NCBI GenBank assembly: GCA_964016885.1
Contig: OZ024744.1
Span: 3,162,001-3,226,000, forward strand
Length of the DNA: 64,000 nucleotides
Reading direction: 5' to 3'
From: Eledone cirrhosa
Lineage: Eukaryota
Of the stretch, positions 38,600 through 51,900 are shown piece by piece. Every line of letters starts with the position of its first letter. The stretch's first letter is position 1. The position numbers were made by a program, and so were the translations under genes. Under the pieces are notes generated by a model. The model searched no databases. It worked only from the letters and a program-made list of their open reading frames with translations, and had not been told where the DNA came from.

Positions 38600-40790
38600 T
38601 TGAGGGAAGACAAGGTAGAGAAAGATAGCTTGGTGAATAACGAAGTTTTGGGAGAAGACAAGGTAGAGAAAGATAGTTGGTGAAGAACGAAGTTTTGAAG
38701 GAAGACAAGGCAGAGAAAGATAGCTTGGTGAAGAACGACGTTTTGTGGGAAGACAAGGTAGAGAAAGATAGCTTGGTGAAGAACGAAGTTTTGGGGGAAG
38801 ACAAGGTAGAGAAAGATAGCTTGGTGAAGAACGGAGTTTTGGGGGAAGACAAGGTAGAGAAAGATAGCTTGGTGAAGAACGAAGTTTTGGGGGATGACAA
38901 GGTAGAGAGAGATAGCTTGGTGAAGAACGAAGTTTTGTGGAAGACAATGTAGAGAAAGATAGCTTGGTGAAGAACGAAGTTTTGGGGGACGACAAGGTAG
39001 AGAAAGATAGCTTGGTGAAGAACGAAGTTTTGAGGGAAGACAAGGTAGAGAAAGATAGCTTGGTGAAGAACGAAGTTTTGTGGGAAGACAAGGTAGAGAA
39101 AGATAGCTTGTTGAAGAACGACGTTTTGAGGGGAGACAAGGTAGAGAAAGATAGCTTGGTGAAGAACGAAGTTTTGGGGGAAGACAAGGTAGAGAGTGAT
39201 AGCTTGGTGAAGAACGAACTTTTGAGGGAAGACAAGGTAGAGAAAGATAGCTTGGTGAAGAACGAAGTTTTGGGGGAAGACAAGGTAGAGAAAGATAGCT
39301 TGGTGAAGAACGAAGTTTTGGGGGAAGACAAGGTAGAGAACGATAGCTTGGTGAAGAACGAAGTTTTGAGGGAAGACAAGGTAGAGAAAGATAGCTTGGT
39401 GACGAACGAAGTTTTGAGGGAAGTCAAGGTAGAGACAGATAGCTTGGTGAAGAACGACATTTTGAGGGAAGACAAGGTAGAGAAAGATAGCTTGGTGAAG
39501 AACGACGTTTTGAGGGAAGACAAGGTAGAGAAAGATAGCTTGGTGAAGAACGAAGTTTTGAGGGAAGACAGGATAGAGAAAGATAGCTTGGTGAATAACG
39601 AAGTTTTGGGAGAAGACAAGGTAGAGAAAGATAGCTTGGTGAAGAACGACGTTTTGAGGGAAGACAAGGTAGAGAAAGATAGCTTGGTGAAGAACGAAGT
39701 TTTGAGGGAAGACAAGGTAGAGAAAGATAGCTTGGTGAATAACGAAGTTTTGGGAGAAGACAAGGTAGAGAAAGATAGTTGGTGAAGAACGAAGTTTTGA
39801 AGGAAGACAAGGCAGAGAAAGATAGCTTGGTGAAGAACGACGTTTTGTGGGAAGACAAGGTAGAGAAAGATAGCTTGGTGAAGAACGAAGTTTTGGGGGA
39901 AGACAAGGTAGAGAAAGATAGCTTGGTGAAGAACGGAGTTTTGGGGGAAGACAAGGTAGAGAAAGATAGCTTGGTGAAGAACGAAGTTTTGGGGGAAGAC
40001 AAGGTAGAGAGAGATAGCTTGGTGAAGAACGAAGTTTTGTGGAAGACAATGTAGAGAAAGATAGCTTGGTGAAGAACGAAGTTTTGGGGGACGACAAGGT
40101 AGAGAAAGATAGCTTGGTGAAGAAGGAAGTTTTGAGGGAAGACAAGGTAGAGAAAGATAGCTTGGTGAAGAACGAAGTTTTGTGGGAAGACAAGGTAGAG
40201 AAAGATAGCTTGTTGAAGAACGACGTTTTGAGGGGAGACAAGGTAGAGAAAGATAGCTTGGTGAAGAACGAAGTTTTGGGGGAAGACAAGATAGAGAGTG
40301 ATAGCTTGGTGAAGAACGAACTTTTGAGGGAAGACAAGGTAGAGAAAGATAGCTTGGTGAAGAACGAAGTTTTGGGGGAAGACAAGGTAGAGAAAGATAG
40401 CTTGGTGAAGAACGAAGTTTTGGGGGAAGACAAGGTAGAGAACGATAGCTTGGTGAAGAACGAAGTTTTGAGGGAAGACAAGGTAGAGAAAGATAGCTTG
40501 GTGACGAACGAAGTTTTGAGGGAAGTCAAGGTAGAGACAGATAGCTTGGTGAAGAACGACATTTTGAGGGAAGACAAGGTAGAGAAAGATAGCTTGGTGA
40601 AGAACGACGTTTTGAGGGAAGACAAGGTAGAGAAAGATAGCTTGGTGAAGAACGAAGTTTTGAGGGAAGACAGGATAGAGAAAGATAGCTTGGTGAATAA
40701 CGAAGTTTTGGGAGAAGACAAGGTAGAGAAAGATAGCTTGGTGAAGAACGACGTTTTGAGGGAAGACAAGGTAGAGAAAGATAGCTTGGT
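38600..40790 (+). repeat. Tandem duplication, unit 1102 bp (23 monomers)
   Basis: Offsets 38677->39779 and 38937->40039 are 1102 (23x48-2). Both copies carry the private AGGGGAGAC variant near 39130 and 40232. Confidence 0.88.
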
Positions 40791-41929
40791 GAAGAACGAA
40801 GTTTTGGGGAAGACAATGTAGAGAAAGATAGCTTGGTGAAGAACGAAGTTTTGGGGGAAGACAAGGTAGAGAAAGATAGCTTGGTGAAGAACGAAGTTTT
40901 GAGGGAAGACAAGGTAGAGAAAGATAGCTTGGTGAATAACGAAGTTTTGGGAGAAGACAAGGTAGAGAAAGATAGTTGGTGAAGAACGAAGTTTTGAAGG
41001 AAGACAAGGCAGAGAAAGATAGCTTGGTGAAGAACGAAGTTTTGAGGGAAGACAAGGTAGAGAAAGATAGCTTGGTGAAGAACGACGTTTTATGGGAAGA
41101 CAAGGTAGAGAAAGATAGCTTGGTGAATAACGAAGTTTTGGGAGAAGACAAGGTGGAGAAAGATAGCTTGGTGAAGAACGAAGTTTTGAGGGAAGACAAA
41201 GTAGAGAAAGATAGCTTGGTGAAGAACGACGTTTTGTGGGAAGACAAGGTAGAGAAAGATAGCTTGGTGAAGAACGAAGTTTTGGGGGAAGACAAGGTAG
41301 AGAAAGATAGCTTGGTGAAGAACGAAGTTTTGGGGGAAGACAAGGTAGAGAAAGATAGCTTGGTGAAGAACGAAGTTTTGGGGAAGACAATGTAGAGAAA
41401 GATAGCTTGGTGAAGAACGAAGATTTGGGGTAAGACAAGGTAGAGAAAGATAGCTTGGTGAAGAACGAAGTTTTGGGAGAAGACAAGGTAGAGAAAGATA
41501 GCTTGGTGAAGAACGAAGTTTTGAGGGAAGACAATGTAGAGAAAGATAGCTTGGTGAAGAACGACGTTTTGAGGGAAGACAAGGTAGAGAAAGATAGCTT
41601 GGTGAAGAACGACGTTTTGTGGGAAGACAAGGTAGAAAAAGATAGCTTGGTGAAGAACGAAGTTTTGGGGGAAGACAAGGTAGAGAAAGATAGCTTGGTG
41701 GTGAAAAACGGAGTTTTGGGGGAAGACAAGGTAGAGAAAGATAGCTTGGTGAAGAACGAAGTTTTGGGGGAAGACAAGGTAGAGAAAGATAGCTTGGTGA
41801 AGAACGAAGTTTTGTGGAAGACAATGTAGAGAGAGAAAGATAGCTTGGTGAAGAACGAAGTTTTGAGGGAAGACAAGGTAGAGAAAGATAGCTTGGTGAA
41901 TAACGAAGTTTTGGGAGAACACAAGGTAG

Positions 41930-44900
41930 AGAAAGATAGCTTGGTGAAGAACGACATTTTGAGGGAAGACAAGGTAGAGAAAGATAGCTTAGTGAAGGAC
42001 GACGTTTTGTGGGAAGACAAGGTAGAGAAAGATAGCTTGGTGAATAACAAAGTTTTGGGAGAAGACAAGGTCGAGAAAGATAGCTTGGTGAAGAACGAAG
42101 TTTTGTGGGAAGACAAGGTAGAGAAAGATAGCTTGGTGAAGAACGAAGTTTTGGGGGAAGACAAGGTAGAGAAAGATAGCTTGGTGAAGAACGAAGTTTT
42201 GGAGGAAATCAAGGTAGAGAATAATAGTTTGGTGAAGAACGAAGTTTTGGGGGAAGACAAGGTAGAGAAAGATAGCTTGGTGAAGAACGACGTTTTGAGG
42301 GAAGACAAGGTAGAGAAAGATAGCTTGGTGAAGAACGAAGTTTTGGGGAAGACAATGTAGAGAAAGATAGCTTGGTGAAGAACGAAGTTTTGGGGGAAGA
42401 CAAGGTAGAGAAAGATAGCTTGGTGAAGAACGAAGTTTTGGGGGAAGACAAGGTAGAGAACGATAGCTTGGTGAAGAACGAAGTTTTGAGGGAAGACAAG
42501 GTAGAGAAAGATAGCTTGGTGACGAACGAAGTTTTGAGGGAAGTCAAGGTAGAGACAGATAGCTTGGTGAAGAACGACATTTTGAGGGAAGACAAGGTAG
42601 AGAAAGATAGCTTGGTGAAGAACGACGTTTTGAGGGAAGACAAGGTAGAGAAAGATAGCTTGGTGAAGAACGAAGTTTTGAGGGAAGACAGGATAGAGAA
42701 AGATAGCTTGGTGAATAACGAAGTTTTGGGAGAAGACAAGGTAGAGAAAGATAGCTTGGTGAAGAACGACGTTTTGAGGGAAGACAAGGTAGAGAAAGAT
42801 AGCTTGGTGAAGAACGAAGTTTTGGGGAAGACAAGGTAGAGAAAGATAGCTTGGTGAAGAACGAAGTTTTGGGGGAAGACAAGGTAGAGAAAGATAGCTT
42901 GGTGAAGAACGAAGTTTTGAGGGAAGACAAAGTAGAGAAAGATAGCTTGGTGAATAACGAAGTTTTGGGAGAAGACAAGGTAGAGAAAGATAGTTGGTGA
43001 AGAACGAAGTTTTGAAGGAAGACAAGGCAGAGAAAGATAGCTTGGTGAAGAACGAAGTTTTGAGGGAAGACAAGGTAGAGAAAGATAGCTTGGTGAAGAA
43101 CGACGTTTTATGGGAAGACAAGGTAGAGAAACATAGCTTGGTGAAGAACGAAGTTTTGGGGGAAGACAAGGTAGAGAAAGATAGCTTGGTGAAGAACGAA
43201 GTTTTGGGGGAAGACAAGGTAGAGAAAGATAGCTTGGTGAAGAACGAAGTTTTGAGGGAAGACAAGGTAGAGAAAGATAGCTTGGTGAATAACGAAGTTT
43301 TGGGAGAAGACAAGGTGGAGAAAGATAGCTTGGTGAAGAACGAAGTTTTGAGGGAAGACAAAGTAGAGAAAGATAGCTTGGTGAAGAACGACGTTTTGTG
43401 GGAAGACAAGGTAGAGAAAGATAGCTTGGTGAAGAACGAAGTTTTGGGGGAAGACAAGGTAGAGAAAGATAGCTTGGTGAAGAACGAAGTTTTGGGGGAA
43501 GACAAGGTAGAGAAAGATAGCTTGGTGAAGAACGAAGTTTTGGGGAAGACAATGTAGAGAAAGATAGCTTGGTGAAGAACGAAGATTTGGGGTAAGACAA
43601 GGTAGAGAAAGATAGCTTGGTGAAGAACGAAGTTTTGGGAGAAGACAAGGTAGAGAAAGATAGCTTGGTGAAGAACGAAGTTTTGAGGGAAGACAATGTA
43701 GAGAAAGATAGCTTGGTGAAGAACGACGTTTTGAGGGAAGACAAGGTAGAGAAAGATAGCTTGGTGAAGAACGACGTTTTGTGGGAAGACAAGGTAGAAA
43801 AAGATAGCTTGGTGAAGAACGAAGTTTTGGGGGAAGACAAGGTAGAGAAAGATAGCTTGGTGAAAAACGGAGTTTTGGGGGAAGACAAGGTAGAGAAAGA
43901 TAGCTTGGTGAAGAACGAAGTTTTGGGGGAAGACAAGGTAGAGAAAGATAGCTTGGTGAAGAACGAAGTTTTATGGAAGACAATGTAGAGAGAGAAAGAT
44001 AGCTTGGTGAAGAACGAAGTTTTGAGGGAAGACAAGGTAGAGAAAGATAGCTTGGTGAATAACGAAGTTTTGGGAGAACACAAGGTAGAGAAAGATAGCT
44101 TGGTGAAGAACGAAGTTTTGAGGGAAGACAAGGTAGAGAAAGATAGCTTGGTGAAGAACGAAGTTTTGGGGGAAGACAAGGTAGAGAAAGATAGCTTGGT
44201 GAAGAACGAAGTTTTGGAGGAAATCAAGGTAGAGAATAATAGTTTGGTGAAGAACGAAGTTTTGGGGGAAGACAAGGTAGAGAAAGATAGCTTGGTGAAG
44301 AACGACGTTTTGAGGGAAGACAAGGTAGAGAAAGATAGCTTGGTGAAGAACGAAGTTTTGGGGAAGACAATGTAGAGAAAGATAGCTTGGTGAAGAACGA
44401 AGTTTTGGGGGAAGACAAGGTAGAGAAAGATAGCTTGGTGAAGAACGAAGTTTTGGGAGAAGACAAGGTAGAGAAAGATAGCTTGGTGAAGAACGAAGTT
44501 TTGAGGGAAGACAAGGTAGAGAAAGATAGCTTGGTGAAGAACGACGTTTTGAGGGAAGACAAGGTAGAGAAAGATAGCTTGGTGAAGAACGACGTTTTGT
44601 GGGAAGACAAGGTAGAGAAAGAAAGCTTGGTGAAGAACGAAGTTTTGTGGAAGACAATGTAGAGAGAGAAAGATAGCTTGGTGAAGAACGAAGTTTTGAG
44701 GGAAGACAAGGTAGAGAAAGATAGCTTGGTGAATAACGAAGTTTTGGGAGAACACAAGGTAGAGAAAGATAGCTTGGTGAAGAACGAAGTTTTGAGGGAA
44801 GACAAGGTAGAGAAAGATAGCTTGGTGAAGAACGACATTTTGAGGGAAGACAAGGTAGAGAAAGATAGCTTAGTGAAGGACGACGTTTTGTGGGAAGACA

Positions 44901-47240
44901 AGGTAGAGAAAGATAGCTTGGTGAATAACAAAGTTTTGGGAGAAGACAAGGTCGAGAAAGATAGCTTGGTGAAGAACGAAGTTTTGTGGGAAGACAAGGT
45001 AGAGAAAGATAGCTTGGTGAAGAACGAAGTTTTGGGGGAAGACAAGGTAGAGAAAGATAGCTTGGTGAAGAACGAAGTTTTGGAGGAAATCAAGGTAGAG
45101 AATAATAGTTTGGTGAAGAACGAAGTTTTGGGGGAAGACAAGGTAGAGAAAGATAGCTTGGTGAAGAACGACGTTTTGAGGGAAGACAAGGTAGAGAAAG
45201 ATAGCTTGGTGAAGAACGAAGTTTTGGGGAAGACAATGTAGAGAAAGATAGCTTGGTGAAGAACGAAGTTTTGGGGGAAGACAAGGTAGAGAAAGATAGC
45301 TTGGTGAAGAACGAAGTTTTGGGGGAAGACAAGGTAGAGAACGATAGCTTGGTGAAGAACGAAGTTTTGAGGGAAGACAAGGTAGAGAAAGATAGCTTGG
45401 TGACGAACGAAGTTTTGAGGGAAGTCAAGGTAGAGACAGATAGCTTGGTGAAGAACGACATTTTGAGGGAAGACAAGGTAGAGAAAGATAGCTTGGTGAA
45501 GAACGACGTTTTGAGGGAAGACAAGGTAGAGAAAGATAGCTTGGTGAAGAACGAAGTTTTGAGGGAAGACAGGATAGAGAAAGATAGCTTGGTGAATAAC
45601 GAAGTTTTGGGAGAAGACAAGGTAGAGAAAGATAGCTTGGTGAAGAACGACGTTTTGAGGGAAGACAAGGTAGAGAAAGATAGCTTGGTGAAGAACGAAG
45701 TTTTGGGGAAGACAAGGTAGAGAAAGATAGCTTGGTGAAGAACGAAGTTTTGGGGGAAGACAAGGTAGAGAAAGATAGCTTGGTGAAGAACGAAGTTTTG
45801 AGGGAAGACAAGGTAGAGAAAGATAGCTTGGTGAATAACGAAGTTTTGGGAGAAGACAAGGTAGAGAAAGATAGTTGGTGAAGAACGAAGTTTTGAAGGA
45901 AGACAAGGCAGAGAAAGATAGCTTGGTGAAGAACGAAGTTTTGAGGGAAGACAAGGTAGAGAAAGATAGCTTGGTGAAGAACGACGTTTTATGGGAAGAC
46001 AAGGTAGAGAAACATAGCTTGGTGAAGAACGAAGTTTTGGGGGAAGACAAGGTAGAGAAAGATAGCTTGGTGAAGAACGAAGTTTTGGGGGAAGACAAGG
46101 TAGAGAAAGATAGCTTGGTGAAGAACGAAGTTTTGAGGGAAGACAAGGTAGAGAAAGATAGCTTGGTGAATAACGAAGTTTTGGGAGAAGACAAGGTGGA
46201 GAAAGATAGCTTGGTGAAGAACGAAGTTTTGAGGGAAGACAAAGTAGAGAAAGATAGCTTGGTGAAGAACGACGTTTTGTGGGAAGACAAGGTAGAGAAA
46301 GATAGCTTGGTGAAGAACGAAGTTTTGGGGGAAGACAAGGTAGAGAAAGATAGCTTGGTGAAGAACGAAGTTTTGGGGGAAGACAAGGTAGAGAAAGATA
46401 GCTTGGTGAAGAACGAAGTTTTGGGGAAGACAATGTAGAGAAAGATAGCTTGGTGAAGAACGAAGATTTGGGGTAAGACAAGGTAGAGAAAGATAGCTTG
46501 GTGAAGAACGAAGTTTTGGGAGAAGACAAGGTAGAGAAAGATAGCTTGGTGAAGAACGAAGTTTTGAGGGAAGACAATGTAGAGAAAGATAGCTTGGTGA
46601 AGAACGACGTTTTGAGGGAAGACAAGGTAGAGAAAGATAGCTTGGTGAAGAACGACGTTTTGTGGGAAGACAAGGTAGAAAAAGATAGCTTGGTGAAGAA
46701 CGAAGTTTTGGGGGAAGACAAGGTAGAGAAAGATAGCTTGGTGAAAAACGGAGTTTTGGGGGAAGACAAGGTAGAGAAAGATAGCTTGGTGAAGAACGAA
46801 GTTTTGGGGGAAGACAAGGTAGAGAAAGATAGCTTGGTGAAGAACGAAGTTTTATGGAAGACAATGTAGAGAGAGAAAGATAGCTTGGTGAAGAACGAAG
46901 TTTTGAGGGAAGACAAGGTAGAGAAAGATAGCTTGGTGAATAACGAAGTTTTGGGAGAACACAAGGTAGAGAAAGATAGCTTGGTGAAGAACGAAGTTTT
47001 GAGGGAAGACAAGGTAGAGAAAGATAGCTTGGTGAAGAACGAAGTTTTGGGGGAAGACAAGGTAGAGAAAGATAGCTTGGTGAAGAACGAAGTTTTGGAG
47101 GAAATCAAGGTAGAGAATAATAGTTTGGTGAAGAACGAAGTTTTGGGGGAAGACAAGGTAGAGAAAGATAGCTTGGTGAAGAACGACGTTTTGAGGGAAG
47201 ACAAGGTAGAGAAAGATAGCTTGGTGAAGAACGAAGTTTT
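41930..47240 (+). repeat. Tandem duplication, unit 2881 bp (60 monomers)
   Basis: Offsets 42372->45253, 42994->45875, 43617->46498, 44004->46885 and AGTGAAGGAC 41991->44872 are all 2881. Confidence 0.9.
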
Positions 47241-48990
47241 GGGGGAAGACAAGGTAGAGAAAGATAGCTTGGTGAAGAACGAAGTTTTGGGACAAGACAA
47301 GGTAGAGAAAGATGGCTTGGTGAAGAACGAAGTTTTGAGGGAAGACAAGGTAGAGAAAGATAGCTTGGTGAAGAACGACGTTTTGAGGGAAGACAAGGTA
47401 GAGAAAGATAGCTTGGTGAAGAACGACGTTTTGTGGGAAGACAAGGTAGAGAAAGAAAGCTTGGTGAAGAACGAAGTTTTGGGGGAAGACAAGGTAGAGA
47501 AAGATAGCTTGGTGAAGAACGAAGTTTTGGGGGAAGACAAGGTAGAGAAAGATAGCTTGGTGAAGAACGAAGTTTTGGGGGAAGACAAGGTAGAGAAAGA
47601 TAGCTTGGTGAAGAACGAAGTTTTGGGGAAGACAATGTAGAGTAAGATAGCTTGGTGAAGAACGAAGTTTTGGGGGAAGACAAGGTAGAGAAAGATAGCT
47701 TGGTGAAGAACGACGTTTTGAGGGAAGACAAGATAGAGAAAGATAGTTTGGTGAAGAACGACGTTTTGTGGGAAGACAAGGTAGAGAAAGATAGCTTGGT
47801 GAAGAACGAAGTTTTGAGGGAAGACAAGGTAGAGAAAGATAGTTGGTGAAGAACGAAGTTTTGAAGGAAGACAAGGCAGAGAAAGATAGCTTGGTGAAGA
47901 ACGAAGTTTTGAGGGAAGACAAGGTAGAGAAAGATAGCTTGGTGAAGAACGACGTTTTATGGGAAGACAAGGTAGAGAAACATAGCTTGGTGAAGAACGA
48001 AGTTTTGGGGGAAGACAAGGTAGAGAAAGATAGCTTGGTGAAGAACGAAGTTTTGGGGGAAGACAAGGTAGAGAAAGATAGCTTGGTGAAGAACGAAGTT
48101 TTGAGGGAAGACAAGGTAGAGAAAGATAGCTTGGTGAATAACGAAGTTTTGGGAGAAGACAAGGTGGAGAAAGATAGCTTGGTGAAGAACGAAGTTTTGA
48201 GGGAAGACAAAGTAGAGAAAGATAGCTTGGTGAAGAACGACGTTTTGTGGGAAGACAAGGTAGAGAAAGATAGCTTGGTGAAGAACGAAGTTTTGGGGGA
48301 AGACAAGGTAGAGAAAGATAGCTTGGTGAAGAACGAAGTTTTGTGGGAAGACAAGGTAGAGAAAGATAGCTTGGTGAAGAACGAAGTTTTGGGGAAGACA
48401 ATGTAGAGAAAGATAGCTTGGTGAAGAACGAAGATTTGGGGTAAGACACTGTAGAGAAAGATAGCTTGGTGAAGAACGAAGTTTTGGGAGAAGACAAGGT
48501 AGAGAAAGATAGCTTGGTGAAGAACGAAGTTTTGAGGGAAGACAATGTAGAGAAAGATAGCTTGGTGAAGAACGACGTTTTGAGGGAAGACAAGGTAGAG
48601 AAAGATAGCTTGGTGAAGAACGACGTTTTGTGGGAAGACAAGGTAGAAAAAGATAGCTTGGTGAAGAACGAAGTTTTGGGGGAAGACAAGGTAGAGAAAG
48701 ATAGCTTGGTGAAAAACGGAGTTTTGGGGGAAGACAAGGTAGAGAAAGATAGCTTGGTGAAGAACGAAGTTTTGGGGGAAGACAAGGTAGAGAAAGATAG
48801 CTTGGTGAAGAACGAAGTTTTGTGGAAGACAATGTAGAGAGAGAAAGATAGCTTGGTGAAGAACGAAGTTTTGAGGGAAGACAAGGTAGAGAAAGATAGC
48901 TTGGTGAATAACGAAGTTTTGGGAGAACACAAGGTAGAGAAAGATAGCTTGGTGAAGAACGAAGTTTTGAGGGAAGACAAGGTAGAGAAA
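45860..48990 (+). repeat. Partial duplication, offset 1968 bp (41 monomers)
   Basis: Offsets 45875->47843, 46498->48466 and 46885->48853 are all 1968. Confidence 0.8.
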
Positions 48991-51900
48991 GATAGCTTGG
49001 TGAAGAACGACATTTTGAGGGAAGACAAGGTAGAGAAAGATAGCTTAGTGAAGGACGACGTTTTGTGGGAAGACAAGGTAGAGAAAGATAGCTTGGTGAA
49101 TAACAAAGTTTTGGGAGAAGACAAGGTCGAGAAAGATAGCTTGGTGAAGAACGAAGTTTTGTGGGAAGACAAGGTAGAGAAAGATAGCTTGGTGAAGAAC
49201 GAAGTTTTGGGGGAAGACAAGGTAGAGAAAGATAGCTTGGTGAAGAACGAAGTTTTGGAGGAAATCAAGGTAGAGAATAATAGTTTGGTGAAGAACGAAG
49301 TTTTGGGGGAAGACAAGGTAGAGAAAGATAGCTTGGTGAAGAACGACGTTTTGAGGGAAGACAAGGTAGAGAAAGATAGCTTGGTGAAGAACGAAGTTTT
49401 GGGGAAGACAATGTAGAGAAAGATAGCTTGGTGAAGAACGAAGTTTTGGGGGAAGACAAGGTAGAGAAAGATAGCTTGGTGAAGAACGAAGTTTTGGGAG
49501 AAGACAAGGTAGAGAAAGATAGCTTGGTGAAGAACGAAGTTTTGAGGGAAGACAAGGTAGAGAAAGATAGCTTGGTGAAGAACGACGTTTTGAGGGAAGA
49601 CAAGGTAGAGAAAGATAGCTTGGTGAAGAACGACGTTTTGTGGGAAGACAAGGTAGAGAAAGATAGCTTGGTGAAGAACGAAGTTTTGGGGGAAGACAAG
49701 GTAGAGAAAGATAGCTTGGTGAAGAACGAAGTTTTGGGGGAAGACAAGGTAGAGAAAGATAGCTTGGTGAAGAACGAAGTTTTGGGGGAAGACAAGGTAG
49801 AGAAAGATAGCTTGGTGAAGAACGAAGTTTTGGGGAAGACAATGTAGAGAAAGATAGCTTGGTGAAGAACGAAGTTTTGGGGGAAGACAAGGTAGAGAAA
49901 GATAGCTTGGTGAAGAACGACGTTTTGAGGGAAGACAAGATAGAGAAAGATAGTTTGGTGAAGAACGACGTTTTGTGGGAAGACAAGGTAGAGAAAGATA
50001 GCTTGGTGAAGAACGAAGTTTTGAGGGAAGACAAGGTAGAGAAAGATAGCTTGGTGAATAACGAAGTTTTGGGAGAAGACAAGGTGGAGAAAGATAGCTT
50101 GGTGAAGAACGAAGTTTTGAGGGAAGACAAGGTAGAGAAAGATAGCTTGGTGAAGAACGACGTTTTGTGGGAAGACAAGGTAGAGAAAGATAGCTTGGTG
50201 AAGAACGAAGTTTTGGGGGAAGACAAGGTAGAGAAAGATAGCTTGGTGAAGAACGAAGTTTTGGGGGAAGATACGGTAGAGAAAGATAGCTTGGTGAAGA
50301 ACGAAGTTTTGGGGAAGACAATGTAGAGAAAGATAGCTTGGTGAAGAACGAAGATTTGGGGGAAGACAAGGTAGAGAAAGATAGCTTGGTGAAGAACGAA
50401 GTTTTGGGAGAAGACAAGGTAGAGAAAGATAGCTTGGTGAAGAACGAAGTTTTGAGGGAAGACAAGGTAGAGAAAGATAGCTTGGTGAAGAACGAAGTTT
50501 TGAGGGAAGACAATGTAGAGAAAGATAGCTTGGTGAAGAACGACGTTTTGAGGGAAGACAAGGTAGAGAAAGATAGCTTGGTGAAGAACGACGTTTTGTG
50601 GGAAGACAAGGTAGAAAAAGATAGCTTGGTGAAGAACGAAGTTTTGGGGGATGACAAGGTAGAGAAAGATAGCTTGGTGAAAAACGGAGTTTTGGGGGAA
50701 GACAAGGTAGAGAAAGATAGCTTGGTGAAGAACGAAGTTTTGGGGGAAGACAAGGTAGAGAAAGATAGCTTGGTGAAGAACGAAGTTTTGGGGGAAGACA
50801 AGGTAGAGAAAGATAGCTTGGTGAAGAACGATGTTTTGGGGAAGACAATGTAGAGAAAGATAGCTTGGTGAAGAACGAAGTTTTGGGGGAAGACAAGGTA
50901 GAGAAAGATAGCTTGGTGAAGAACGACGTTTTGAGGGAAGACAAGATAGAGAAAGATAGTTTGGTGAAGAACGACGTTTTGTGGGAAGACAAGGTAGAGA
51001 AAGATAGCTTGGTGAAGAACGAAGTTTTGAGGGAAGACAAGGTAGAGAAAGATAGTTGGTGAAGAACGAAGTTTTGAAGGAAGACAAGGCAGAGAAAGAT
51101 AGCTTGGTGAAGAACGAAGTTTTGAGGGAAGACAAGGTAGAGAAAGATAGCTTGGTGAAGAACGACGTTTTATGGGAAGACAAGGTAGAGAAACATAGCT
51201 TGGTGAAGAACGAAGTTTTGGGGGAAGACAAGGTAGAGAAAGATAGCTTGGTGAAGAACGAAGTTTTGGGGGAAGACTAGGTAGAGAAAGATAGCTTGGT
51301 GAAGAACGAAGTTTTGAGGGAAGACAAGGTAGAGAAAGATAGCTTGGTGAATAACGAAGTTTTGGGAGAAGACAAGGTGGAGAAAGATAGCTTGGTGAAG
51401 AACGAAGTTTTGAGGGAAGACAAAGTAGAGAAAGATAGCTTGGTGAAGAACGACGTTTTGTGGGAAGACAAGGTAGAGAAAGATAGCTTGGTGAAGAACG
51501 AAGTTTTGGGGGAAGACAAGGTAGAGAAAGATAGCTTGGTGAAGAACGAAGTTTTGGGGGAAGACAAGGTAGAGAAAGATAGCTTGGTGAAGAACGAAGT
51601 TTTGGGGAAGACAATGTAGAGAAAGATAGCTTGGTGAAGAACGAAGATTTGGGGTAAGACAAGGTAGAGAAAGATAGCTTGGTGAAGAACGAAGTTTTGG
51701 GAGAAGACAAGGTAGAGAAAGATAGCTTGGTGAAGAACGAAGTTTTGAGGGAAGACAATGTAGAGAAAGATAGCTTGGTGAAGAACGACGTTTTGAGGGA
51801 AGACAAGGTAGAGAAAGATAGCTTGGTGAAGAACGACGTTTTGTGGGAAGATAAGGTAGAAAAAAAATAGCTTGGTGAAGAACGAAGTTTTGGGGGAAGA

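Noticed and set aside
41695-41850. Frame-preserving insertions (extra GTG; net +3 monomer) as evidence of coding constraint
   Set aside because: The GTG duplication occurs once, and the net +3 monomer contains an in-frame TAG. Frame-breaking deletions are far more numerous.
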